Source: Thermoanaerobaculia bacterium (GTDB lineage Bacteria > Acidobacteriota > Thermoanaerobaculia > Multivoradales > UBA5704). Taken from it: DNA of 64,000 nucleotides. The stretch spans positions 64,147 to 128,146 of the forward strand of contig DASZZP010000038.1 of the NCBI GenBank assembly GCA_035544875.1, given 5' to 3'. Both the position numbers and the translations under genes were made by a program. A model generated the notes under the pieces. The model did no database searches and was not told the DNA's origin. It saw only the letters and a list, made by a program, of their open reading frames with translations. Positions 19,361-27,630 of the stretch are shown piece after piece. Positions within the stretch are counted from its first letter, which is position 1. Each line of letters begins with the position of its first letter.

Positions 19361-19825
19361 ATGGATCTACCCCGCTATCGTCGCTTGAATTCCGCCTACT
19401 ATCGGCTGGAAGGGAGCCGCTGCCAGGCCTGCGGCGCCTTGTGCTTCCCGGCCCGGGAGCTCTGCGGCGCCTGCCGCGGCCGCGACCTCGTCCCCTACCG
19501 CTTCTCAGGACGGGGGACCATATTCTCCTACGCCGAGGTTGCGCAGCCGCCGCGCGGGTTCGCCGGTCCTTACCTGGTCGCCCTGGTGGACCTCGAAGAG
19601 GGGGTCCGCCTCACCGCCCAGCTCACCGACGTGGATCTCGACGAGGTGCGGATCGGCATGCCGGTCGAGATGGTCACCCGCAGGCTGCAGGAAAGGGGGA
19701 CGCCGGGGCACGGCTACCTCGTCTACGGCTACAAGTTTCGTCCGGCGGCTGCGCCGAGGAGCTCTACCAACGCTCCTTCCGCCGCCTCGCCGACCGGCGG
19801 CGCACCGAGCCGCCACGCAGGCTGA
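19361..19825 (+). CDS. DUF35 OB-fold / Zn-ribbon protein (thiolase-HMGCS scaffolding subunit)
   Basis: It has a CxxC...CxxC zinc ribbon (CQACGALCFPARELCGAC) followed by an OB-fold. It is the third member of the conserved HMGCS/thiolase/DUF35 trio. Confidence 0.75.
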   Translation: MDLPRYRRLNSAYYRLEGSRCQACGALCFPARELCGACRGRDLVPYRFSGRGTIFSYAEVAQPPRGFAGPYLVALVDLEEGVRLTAQLTDVDLDEVRIGMPVEMVTRRLQERGTPGHGYLVYGYKFRPAAAPRSSTNAPSAASPTGGAPSRHAG

Positions 19826-19860
19826 CACCGGGCGCCAACCGGGACGATCGGGGCCAAGGT

Positions 19861-19878
19861 GGGCTAGGCTAGGCTAGG
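19861..19878. repeat. (GGCTAG)x3 tandem hexamer
   Basis: Seen directly as gggctaggctaggctaggtc, at the junction between the DUF35 gene and the PIN remnant. Confidence 0.6.
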
Positions 19879-20026
19879 TCGGGGCCGGCTCGAAGAGCCG
19901 CAGCAGCCCGATCCGGGCCATGCGCCGAAAGTCAGAGTCCAGCGTCCAGAGCGTGCCGGCATGCTCGGCGGTGATGGCTCCGATCAGCAGGTCGCCGAAT
20001 CCAAAGTGCTCGCCTGCCGATTTCAT
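19874..20026 (-). pseudogene. VapC/PIN-domain toxin 3' remnant (C-terminal ~50 aa only)
   Basis: MKSAGEHFGFGDLLIGAITAEHAGTLWTLDSDFRRMARIGLL matches the PIN C-terminal consensus (G..iG..DllIAA.A......LvT.n..DF.ri). Nothing upstream in this frame is PIN-like. Confidence 0.5.
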
Positions 20027-20220
20027 ATGCTCTGAGACGTCAATATTCGATAAAAAGATGCACCAAGCAGCGACCCGGGGCCGACAAGCGCTCGAGAACC
20101 TCCGCCGCGAGACGCGCGCCGAGCGGGCTTCTCCGCCCAGCTCGCGGCAGGGGTGGAGAGGAGTGGCCGGCGCGAGCCTACTCGGGTATCCTGGCCTCCG
20201 GCCAGAAGGCCGTTTCCCCC

Positions 20221-20433
20221 ATGCCGATCGACCTGGAACGGATCGAGCTCGTCGATGACAACATGGCGCACCACTTGCGCGCCCTCTCGGGTGCACAGCG
20301 CCTCGCCATTGCCAGCGGGATGTTCGCTTCCGCTCGGCGCATGCTGAGGAGCCATCTCGTCGCGGAACACCCGGACTGGGACGAGGGACGCCTGGAACGA
20401 GAGGTGGCACGGAGGCTCTCTGGAACAGGATGA
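20221..20433 (+). CDS. Small hypothetical protein (70 aa) with an R-x4-H (HEPN-like) motif
   Basis: The translation is MPIDLERIELVDDNMAHHLRALSGAQRLAIASGMFASARRMLRSHLV... The RBS is weak. It sits 17 nt upstream of the nucleotidyltransferase gene. Confidence 0.35.
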   Translation: MPIDLERIELVDDNMAHHLRALSGAQRLAIASGMFASARRMLRSHLVAEHPDWDEGRLEREVARRLSGTG

Positions 20434-20449
20434 GCTTCTCCGCTTCGCA

Positions 20450-20980
20450 GTGGGCGTCCTCGAAAAGATGGACCTGCCCTATCTCATCACTGGCTCGCTG
20501 GCCACGGTCTTCTACGGCGAGCCGCGCTTCACCAACGACATCGACATCGTGGTCGATCTCCCCGATGCGCAGATCGAAGAGCTTTGCGCCGCCTTCCCCA
20601 GTCCGGAGTTCTACCTCAGCGCTGAAGCGGCGCGGCGAGCGGTCGCGCAGAAGAGCCAGTTCAACGTGATCCATCCCGTCTCGGGCCTGAAGCTGGACTT
20701 CATCGTTCCCGCCGATACCGTCTTCAACCGCAGCCGTCTCGCTCGCGCGCGTTCCATTCACCCGGCGCCCGACTATGTCGCATCCTTCGCCTCGCCCGAG
20801 GACGTCATCCTGATGAAGCTGGACTTTCACCAGCGAGGCGGCTCCGACAAACACCTGCGCGATATCGCTGGCGTGCTCAGGGTCAGCGGCGAGCAGCTCG
20901 ACCGCGGCTATCTCGACTCCTGGGCGCGGCGCCTGGAGCTCGAAGAGACCTGGCAGGCTCTCCTGAGACGGGTGGGGTGA
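20450..20980 (+). CDS. Nucleotidyltransferase-fold protein (minimal NTase / AbiEii-MntA-like; GS-x9-RFTNDIDIV motif)
   Basis: LITGSLATVFYGEPRFTNDIDIVVDL is the Pol-beta superfamily GS...[DE]h[DE] motif. The start is the GTG at 20450 or the ATG at 20468. Confidence 0.6.
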   Translation: MGVLEKMDLPYLITGSLATVFYGEPRFTNDIDIVVDLPDAQIEELCAAFPSPEFYLSAEAARRAVAQKSQFNVIHPVSGLKLDFIVPADTVFNRSRLARARSIHPAPDYVASFASPEDVILMKLDFHQRGGSDKHLRDIAGVLRVSGEQLDRGYLDSWARRLELEETWQALLRRVG

Positions 20981-21125
20981 ATCCGCCAGGGAGCGGCCGC
21001 CGGTTCTACAGTGATACTCCATCGCCGCGCAGGGGGGCGATCACTCCCTGTAGCACCCTCGCGATCGTGACTCGGCTTCGACGCCCGGCCGGTCCGTCCG
21101 GCTTAGAATCGCCAGATGACCAGCG

Positions 21126-21260
21126 GCGGGCGCGGTAGACGCTCCCCATGCCGCCCGCTCCGAGCAGCGACACGATCTCGTAGGGACCGAGGCGGGCCCC
21201 TGGTGCGAGCCGTGTCTCGTCCGCGGCGGTGTCGTCGTCCCCGCCGGAGCTCTTATGCAT
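21126..21260 (-). pseudogene. Ser/Thr protein kinase 5' remnant (glycine-loop region only)
   Basis: [21 protein letters not shown] is a subdomain-I GxGxxG loop. No frame continues into a VAIK motif. Confidence 0.5.
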
Positions 21261-21586
21261 TTGCGTGCCGCCGCGGCCTTCCGTGAAAGCGGTTCGAGAC
21301 TATGAACATGCCGGCCAGGAAGTCAACGGCGGCGGCGCGGTGCCGGCGCGGCCCCACGGCGTGGCGATGAAGTAAGGGCCGCAGGCGATCGGGCCGCTGG
21401 CGCCGCTGCCGCGGCGCGCGGCCGGTGTCCGCACCGGTCCGGCCGCAACAGGCGTATACTTGGGGTTGCCTCTCCGTCGCGGGGCTCGGGAAAGACCGTG
21501 GCGGAGGTCTGGCGCGCAGGCTCTGGGCGTCTGGGTGGTTCCACTGGCGGAGGCCGCGTGCGGTGCTCCGCATGTTGGGGTGTCCC

Positions 21587-21615
21587 TTGACCCCGCGCCC
21601 AAGCGCCGAGAGAAT
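21587..21615 (+). promoter_or_regulatory. Candidate sigma70 promoter for tatA (TTGACC-17-GAGAAT)
   Basis: Seen directly: -35 at 21587-21592 and -10 at 21610-21615, then the GGAGG RBS and the ATG at 21633. Confidence 0.4.
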
Positions 21616-21632
21616 GCTGATCGGAGGTTCCG

Positions 21633-21866
21633 ATGTTCGAAGGACTGTTCCAGCCGATGCACCTGCTCTTGATCCTGGCCATCGCCCTGATCTTCTTCGG
21701 GCCAAAGCGGTTGCCCGAGCTGGGCAAGGGCCTCGGCACCTCGATCCGCGACTTTAAGGACGCGCTCAGCGGCAAGGACGACAAGCCGGCGCCGCCGTCG
21801 CAGATCGAAGCGACCAAGCCTCCGCCGCCGCCAGCGCCGACCGATAGCGGGCGCCCCGACGCCTGA
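21633..21866 (+). CDS. tatA: Twin-arginine translocase subunit TatA/E
   Basis: MFEGLFQPMHLLLILAIALIFFGPKRLPELGKGLGTSIRDFKDAL is the canonical TatA transmembrane and amphipathic helix. A GGAGG RBS is present. Confidence 0.9.
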   Translation: MFEGLFQPMHLLLILAIALIFFGPKRLPELGKGLGTSIRDFKDALSGKDDKPAPPSQIEATKPPPPPAPTDSGRPDA

Positions 21867-22175
21867 TTCCCTCCGCCCGCTGCCTACCACTTAGCCTTCA
21901 CCTCCAGCTCGACTGCCACGCGCGGCGGCGGCAGGACCCGCTGAGCAGCAGCGCTTTGCCCCTCTCCGGGATCGCGATCGGCAGCGGCTTGACTCCCTCC
22001 ACCAGCCCCGCTGCCCTGCTCTGCATAAACTACGTATGATGGTAGTCTGCTATAATCTGTGCGCCAGAATCGCCTGTAGAACTGACAAGTTCCGGCAATG
22101 CGTGATCTCTAGAGACAGCAACGCTGAGTTTCCAAGACACCGTAGTCCTGACCCGGGCCTCCGGACTCCAGCGCG

Positions 22176-22748
22176 GTGGACTGGCCGCTCCCTCCCCGCT
22201 GGCGGGAGCTCATCGCGAGCTGCCTCGCCGCCGCGCCGCAGGCCCGCCCGGCGAGCGCAGCCGCGGTGGCGCGCGCGCTGGCGGCCGGCCTCCCCGCGCC
22301 CTCCGCTTCCCGGAGCCAGCCGCCGCAGCCCGAGGAGGCCGGCAAGTGGATTCGCGGCATCACCGTCAAGGCTCTTGAAACCTTGGTGAGATATGCGTGG
22401 CCTGGCAACGTCCGCGAGCTCGAGCACGAGGTCCGGCTGCTGGTGCAGCGTTGCCCGGAAGGCAGCGCTATCGATTCGTCGATGCTCTCCGAGGTCATCC
22501 ACCGCGCCGGCGACGCTCTGCCCGAGGCCCACGAAGACGACTCCGAGTCGCTCGAGCTGCAACAGGCAACCGATCGTCTCGAGCGCCGGCTCATCGGCTG
22601 GGCCCTGGAACGCAGCGGCGGCAATCGCTCAAACGCCGCCAAGCTGCTGGGCATCTCCCGCAACGGTCTGGCGGAGAAGATGGAGCGCCTGGGGATCGCG
22701 CTGCGGACCGCGCCGGCCACCACCGGCAAACCTGCTAAGATCGATTGA
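22176..22748 (+). pseudogene. Chimeric fragment: a Ser/Thr kinase C-lobe remnant fused to a sigma54-activator C-terminus (AAA+ lid plus Fis-type HTH)
   Basis: WRELIASCLAAAPQARPASAAAVARAL is a kinase subdomain XI. It is followed by ALETLVRYAWPGNVRELEHEV and NAAKLLGISRNGLAEKMERLGI (sigma54 EBP end and HTH). There are no Walker A/B or GAFTGA motifs. An AT-rich patch with many stops lies upstream. Confidence 0.45.
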
Positions 22749-22749
22749 G

Positions 22750-23310
22750 ATGATCAAATCCCAGCCTTCGCTGAAGCTCACCTATCAGGACTTTCTCGAG
22801 CTGCAGGCGGACGGCAAAGGCCGCGAGCTGATCGATGGAGATCTCCACGTGACCCCCGCCGCGACCACCCGGCATCAGGCCGTGCTGCTCAACCTGCTCC
22901 GCGTGCTGGGCAACTTCGTGCATCAAGGACGCGTCGGCGTGCTGCTGCCGCCGCTGACCGACGTCCTGCTGTCGCCGGTCGACGTAGTGCACCCCGATGC
23001 GCTGTTCGTCGGCGGCGACCGGCTCGAGCTGATCAAGGAGAACCATGTCGCCGGCGCTCCTGACCTGGCGATCGAGATCCTCTCTCCCGCCTCGCGCCGC
23101 ATCGATGCGCGGATCAAGCTCCGCCTCTACGAGCGGCACGGCGTGCAGGAGTATTGGATCGTCGATCCGGAGCTCGAAACGATCGAGGTCTACTGCCTTG
23201 CGCAAGGAGCCTACCAGCGCATCGCCGAGCTCGCGCTCGAGCGCCGGGAGGTCTTGACCAGCCCCCTCTTTCCCGGCCTCAGCATCCCGCTGCTCGACGT
23301 CTTCGACTAG
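22750..23310 (+). CDS. Uma2-family (DUF820) restriction-endonuclease-like protein
   Basis: YQDFLELQADGKGRELIDGDLHVTPAAT..H..DLAIEILSPASRRIDARIKLRLYERHGVQEYWIVDP is the PD-(D/E)xK Uma2 signature. The ATG overlaps the upstream stop (TGAGATG). Confidence 0.8.
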   Translation: MIKSQPSLKLTYQDFLELQADGKGRELIDGDLHVTPAATTRHQAVLLNLLRVLGNFVHQGRVGVLLPPLTDVLLSPVDVVHPDALFVGGDRLELIKENHVAGAPDLAIEILSPASRRIDARIKLRLYERHGVQEYWIVDPELETIEVYCLAQGAYQRIAELALERREVLTSPLFPGLSIPLLDVFD

Positions 23311-23477
23311 ACGATCAGCGAGCTCCAGCCCCCTGCCGGGAGAGCAGGGACCACGCAAGTGCCATAGTTGATTCTCCGGCGGCCCGAGTCGGGGTCTCCC
23401 GGCTGCAGGGAGGCGTGGTATCGTTCCTCTCCACTCGGCTTTCTCCTGAGCTCAACACCTTCTCGAAGGGGGTCTCT

Positions 23478-24261
23478 ATGACGGTCCAATCTCCACCCGG
23501 AGCGCAGCCCACAGCGCCGCCACCCGCAGCGCCGCCGCCGCCGCCCCGAAAAGGGCTTCATCCACTGGCCTGGGTCGGCATCGGCTGCCTGGTGATCCTC
23601 CTGATGGCAGCGGCCGGCTTCGGCGTCTTCGCCTGGTGGGTCAAAGGGAAGGTCCAGAAATTCGCCGACAACCCGGCCATGACCGCGGCCGAGGCGGTCG
23701 TGCGGCTCAACCCCGACCTCGACCTGGTCAGCAAGGACGAAAAGGCGCAGACCTTGACCATCCGCGACAAGAAGAGCGGCGAGACGACGACGGTCAGCCT
23801 CGACGACGTCAAGCAGGGGCGCTTCAAGTTCTCGAGCGCCGACGGCAAGTCGGCGACCATCGACGTCAACAAGGATGGCCTCACCGTCAAGGGTCAGGAC
23901 GAGAAGGGGAAGGAGGCGACCTTCACCGCCGGCGCCAACGTCAAGAATCTCCCCTCCTGGCTGCCGGTCTATCCCGGCGGCACCACCCAGGGGTTGCTGT
24001 CGACGACCTCCAACGAGGGCAACGCGCAGATGTTCACCGTTACCTCCGCCGACTCGGTCGACAAGGTCATGTCCTTCTACCAGACCCAGCTCAAGTCGAG
24101 CGGCTTCAGCGTCCAGCCGAACGGTGATGGCGATGGGCGGCCAGTCGAGCGGCGGGCTGCTCACCGCCACCAGCGCCGACGGCAAGCGCAGCGTCCAGAT
24201 CATGCTCTCGAGCAGCGACAAGGGGACCCAGGCGGCGATCACCTTCACCGAAAAGCCCTGA
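23478..24261 (+). pseudogene. Single-pass membrane protein with internal GG-[TS]-GLL[ST]T-S repeats, interrupted by a +1 frameshift near 24130-24140
   Basis: An AAGGGGG RBS precedes it. The N-terminal Pro-rich segment is followed by the TM helix LAWVGIGCLVILLMAAAGFGVFAWW. The repeat ...GGTTQGLLSTTSNEGNAQMFTVTSADS... continues in the +1 frame as GGQSSGGLLTATSADGKRSVQIML...FTEKP*. The frame-0 reading never terminates. Confidence 0.55.
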
Positions 24262-24263
24262 GT

Positions 24264-25619
24264 TCAGTCGGCGAGCGGGCGGCCCTTGGTTTCGACGACC
24301 CAGGGGAGGAAGGCGAGGCCGGCGAGCGGCACGAAGCCGACCCAGAAGAGGGCGGTCAGGGCGCTGGCCAGCGAGTTGGCGCCCTTGGAGGCGATGCCGC
24401 CGACCAGGATCGGACCGGCGGCGGCGATCACCCTGCCGATGTTGTAGCAGAAGCCGGCGCCGGTGCCGCGCAGGCGGGTCGGGAAGAGCTCCGGCAGGTA
24501 GTAGGTGAAGCTGCCGAAGACGCCGAACACCGTGAGGCCGATCAGGAAGTACATGGCAAGGCGGGTCTCCGGCGCCAGGTCGAGGCCGAAGGTGGCGAGC
24601 ACCGCGAGCCCCGAGCCTGCGAAATAGATCGTGAACATCTGGCGCCGCCCGAGCAGCTTGGCCGCCGGGATGGTGAGCAGCGTGCCGAGCAGTCCCCCGA
24701 CGTTGAAATAATTGGTGGCCAGCGCCTTCCAGTGCTCGGAGAGCGCCAGGGTGGCCGCCCGGTCGAGCCCCTGCGCCTTGGCGGTCGCCTGCGCCAGGCC
24801 GGTCGAGATCACCGGAATGAAGGCATTGCAGCTCCACCAGGTGATCAGGGCGACCACCGCCATCAGGAAGCCCGAGAGCGTCAGGGCGCGGTGCTGCTCG
24901 TCGAACAGCATCGCCAGACGCGGCCGTGGCGCCGCCGAGGCGGCTTTCTGCCAGCGCTCCGGCTCGCGGATCATCAGCCGCACCAGGAAGGCGAAGGCGG
25001 CCGGGATCAGCCCGGCCAGGAAGACGTAGCGCCACGACACCTCCGGCTCGGCCTTCCAGAAGCGGCCGGCGATCTGAAAATTGACGAAAGTGGCCAGGAA
25101 GATCCCCAGCGGCGCCGAGGTGTAGAGCAGCGAGCCGGCCTCCACCCGGCGCTTGTCCGGCACCACCTCCGCCACCATCGCCGCCCCTGCCGCCCACTCG
25201 CCGCCGATCCCCAGGCTGGCGACCCCGCGGAAGAGCATCAACACCCACAGGTTGGGAGCGAAGGCGCAGGCCGCGGTGCCGATGGCGTACAGGATCATGG
25301 TCAGCATCAGCGTGCGGGTGCGGCCGATGCGGTCGGCGACCTGGCCGAAGAGGACGCCGCCACAGGCCCAGCCGAGCAGCAGAAGCGAGGTCAGGATGCC
25401 CGTCCAGAGCAGGGTCGCCGATTTCGCCGCCGGCGAGCCGATGGCAAGGCCGAGCAGCGTCGGCACGCAGTTGGGGGCGACGAAGTTGAACAGCACCGCG
25501 TCGAAGGCGTCGAAGCCCCATCCCAGCCAGGCGGCAAACAGCACCGCCCACTGGTAGCCGTTCATGTCGAGCAGCGTGCGGCCGGGCGCCGGCGCCGCGG
25601 CGGTGCCTGTGGAGCTCAT
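24264..25619 (-). CDS. MFS transporter (12 TM)
   Basis: The sequence includes GWGFDAFDAVLFNFV...ADRIGRTRTLMLTMILYAIGTAACAFAPN...GIGGEWAAG (MFS motifs). A GGAGGAG RBS is present. Confidence 0.85.
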   Translation of the reverse strand: MSSTGTAAAPAPGRTLLDMNGYQWAVLFAAWLGWGFDAFDAVLFNFVAPNCVPTLLGLAIGSPAAKSATLLWTGILTSLLLLGWACGGVLFGQVADRIGRTRTLMLTMILYAIGTAACAFAPNLWVLMLFRGVASLGIGGEWAAGAAMVAEVVPDKRRVEAGSLLYTSAPLGIFLATFVNFQIAGRFWKAEPEVSWRYVFLAGLIPAAFAFLVRLMIREPERWQKAASAAPRPRLAMLFDEQHRALTLSGFLMAVVALITWWSCNAFIPVISTGLAQATAKAQGLDRAATLALSEHWKALATNYFNVGGLLGTLLTIPAAKLLGRRQMFTIYFAGSGLAVLATFGLDLAPETRLAMYFLIGLTVFGVFGSFTYYLPELFPTRLRGTGAGFCYNIGRVIAAAGPILVGGIASKGANSLASALTALFWVGFVPLAGLAFLPWVVETKGRPLAD

Positions 25620-25650
25620 GGCCTGCTCCTCCCCTGGGGTCGGTCAGCTA

Positions 25651-25851
25651 GGTGGTCCAGGACAGAAATCCGGCAACATATCCGCCGGCTCTCCGCGCCC
25701 CCGGCGGCGTTGCGACCTGCAGGGAGTGCCGCTACAGGCGGAAGCTGCGGCCGCCTCCTCAGCGTATTCCCGATACGCTTGCGTCGGCGCGCCTTGCCGG
25801 GAACGCGGATTGCTCGGCGCCTCCGTTACCGGATTTCTGTCCTGGACCACC
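25651..25851. repeat. 201-bp element bounded by perfect 23-bp inverted repeats (ggtggtccaggacagaaatccgg / ccggatttctgtcctggaccacc); MITE-like or a large structured leader
   Basis: Seen directly. The IRs are at 25651-25673 and 25829-25851. There is an internal small hairpin gcgtattcccgatacgc. It lies between the rnd stop and the MFS start, 31 nt upstream of the MFS ATG. Confidence 0.6.
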
Positions 25852-25892
25852 AAGCGCGAACAATAGCAGCCGGACCGGCCGGACCGGCGCCT

Positions 25893-27053
25893 TCAAGTCG
25901 CCGAGCCGGCCAGGCGCAGCAGCTCCTCGCCGACCACCGCGCGGCGCCAGCCGCAGAGCTCGGGCGGCAGTCGAGGCTCCGGGTCGGTCAGGGCGCTCCT
26001 GAGCAGCGCGTCGAGGATGCGCCGCGGCGCCAGCAGCTCGGGCGCCAGGTCGAGGGCGACCGCCCGCGCCCGCACCGCATCGCGGAAGAGCCCTTCGAGC
26101 TGCCGCGCCGCCACGGCCGAAGGCGGCCGCCAGCGCTCGGGGGGCAGCTCCTCGGGCGGCAGCTCCACGGCGCGGCGGACGATCTCGAGCCATTGCGCGC
26201 CGTCGCGCGCCGCCTGCTGGGCGTCGAGAGCGGGAAGGCGCTCGAGCTCTTGCGCGGTGAGCGGCTGGCGGACCGCCAGGCTGAGCAGCAGATCATCACG
26301 CAGCACGAAGCTGCGCGGCAGATCGCGCCGCCTGGCCTCGCGTTCGCGCCACGCGGCCAGAGCCCGCAGCACGCCGAGCTGCCGCCGCTTGAGGCGTCCG
26401 CCGCTCCGTAGGCGGCGGTAGGCGGTCTCGGGCTCGGAGTCGAAGCGGGCGGTATCGAGGAGGGCCGCGGAGTCCTCCCGCGCCCACTCGAGCCGCCCGC
26501 GGAGCTCGAGCTCGCGCCGCAGACGCGCATAGAGCGGCAGCAGGTGGCTCACGTCTTCGGCGGCGTAAGCGAGCTGGGCCGGCGAGAGGGGCCGCGCCAG
26601 CCAGTTGGTGCGGGTCTCGCCCTTGCCGAGCTCGACCTCGAGCAGCGCCGCCACCAGCCGCTGATAGCCCAGCGCCGCGCCGGCCCCGGCCAGCCCGGCC
26701 GCCACCTGGGTGTCGAAGAGCGGCGCCGGCAGCGCCCCCAGAACGCGGTAGAGGACCTCGATGTCCTCGCTCGCCGAATGCAAGACCTTGAGCGGTGCGG
26801 GAGCTCGCAGCAGCGCGGCGAGCGGCTCGAGGTCGATGCCGGCCAGCGGGTCGATCAGGTAGGCGGCGCTGTCGTCGGCGATCTGGATCAGCCCCAGCCG
26901 CGGGAAGAAGGTCCGCTCGCGCACGAACTCGGTGTCGAGCCCGATCACCGGCTGGCGCTGCCAGCCAGCGACCGCCGCGGCCAGGGCGCCCGTCGTCTCC
27001 AGCCGCACGACGGGCAGCCGGGCCGAAGGGAGAGCGACGGCGAGGACGGTCAT
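25893..27053 (-). CDS. rnd: Ribonuclease D (DEDDy 3'-5' exonuclease plus HRDC)
   Basis: GLDTEFVRERTFFPRLGLIQIA...YAAEDVSHLLPLY are the Exo I-III motifs, and the C-terminal part is HRDC-like. The start was moved to the Met at 27053. Confidence 0.85.
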   Translation of the reverse strand: MTVLAVALPSARLPVVRLETTGALAAAVAGWQRQPVIGLDTEFVRERTFFPRLGLIQIADDSAAYLIDPLAGIDLEPLAALLRAPAPLKVLHSASEDIEVLYRVLGALPAPLFDTQVAAGLAGAGAALGYQRLVAALLEVELGKGETRTNWLARPLSPAQLAYAAEDVSHLLPLYARLRRELELRGRLEWAREDSAALLDTARFDSEPETAYRRLRSGGRLKRRQLGVLRALAAWREREARRRDLPRSFVLRDDLLLSLAVRQPLTAQELERLPALDAQQAARDGAQWLEIVRRAVELPPEELPPERWRPPSAVAARQLEGLFRDAVRARAVALDLAPELLAPRRILDALLRSALTDPEPRLPPELCGWRRAVVGEELLRLAGSAT

Positions 27054-27066
27054 CGTAGGGCCGATT

Positions 27067-27435
27067 CTAGCCCCCCTTGCCGCCCGTCCGCGTCTGCCGC
27101 TGGTGGATCGAAACCACGCTGTGATCGACCACGATGCCATCGTCCGCGGCGAGACGTCCGTAGGACTTGCCGTTGACGAACAGCTCCGCGCCTCGAATCA
27201 GGACGTCTGCATCGCGGCACGGAGTGAAGCGGTAGACCGGCTGGCCTGCCGGCGCCGTTTCTCGGCGTGGCGGTGGAACGCTCGTGCGGTAGCAATCGGT
27301 CACTACCACCCAGTGGCTGCCGACGTTCGCTTCGACCCGGCCCAGCAGCAGGTTGTTGGATCGGCTGCATGCTGCTGCCACGAGCGCCACCACGCACCAG
27401 CCGCTCAGCCCGAGCGTGCCAATCATCACCTTCAT
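27067..27435 (-). CDS. Small lipoprotein (122 aa), hypothetical
   Basis: A strong GGAGGA RBS precedes it. The signal peptide has a lipobox (LVAAAC|S). It lies 13 nt upstream of rnd on the same strand. Confidence 0.6.
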   Translation of the reverse strand: MKVMIGTLGLSGWCVVALVAAACSRSNNLLLGRVEANVGSHWVVVTDCYRTSVPPPRRETAPAGQPVYRFTPCRDADVLIRGAELFVNGKSYGRLAADDGIVVDHSVVSIHQRQTRTGGKGG

Positions 27436-27630
27436 GGAGTCGTCCTCCGTTTCCCTTGCCTATGCCTTGCTCGATGCCATAACATAGAGTACTTTGTACC
27501 GCAAAGTCAACCGTTGAGCGCCGTCCCGGCGACCGCGGGCCCATCTGCCGCCTTGCGGAAGCAATCCGCCGCAGGTGCGGCGACCGGCGGTGGCTTTACT
27601 GGCGGCCACGCAGTGGGACAGAATTGCGCC

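Noticed and set aside
19874-21022. 382-aa minus-strand ORF
   Set aside because: Most of it is antisense to the nucleotidyltransferase cassette. Only its last ~50 codons, the PIN remnant, look like real protein sequence.
21261-21632. ORFs of 150-196 aa on the minus strand upstream of tatA
   Set aside because: They overlap each other in different frames and have no motifs and an Arg/Pro-rich composition. The region is better explained as the tatA promoter and leader.
23154-26411. 1085-aa plus-strand ORF
   Set aside because: Only its first ~220 codons (from 23478) are real; that is the frameshifted membrane protein. The remainder is antisense to the MFS transporter and rnd and has no stop only because of GC richness.
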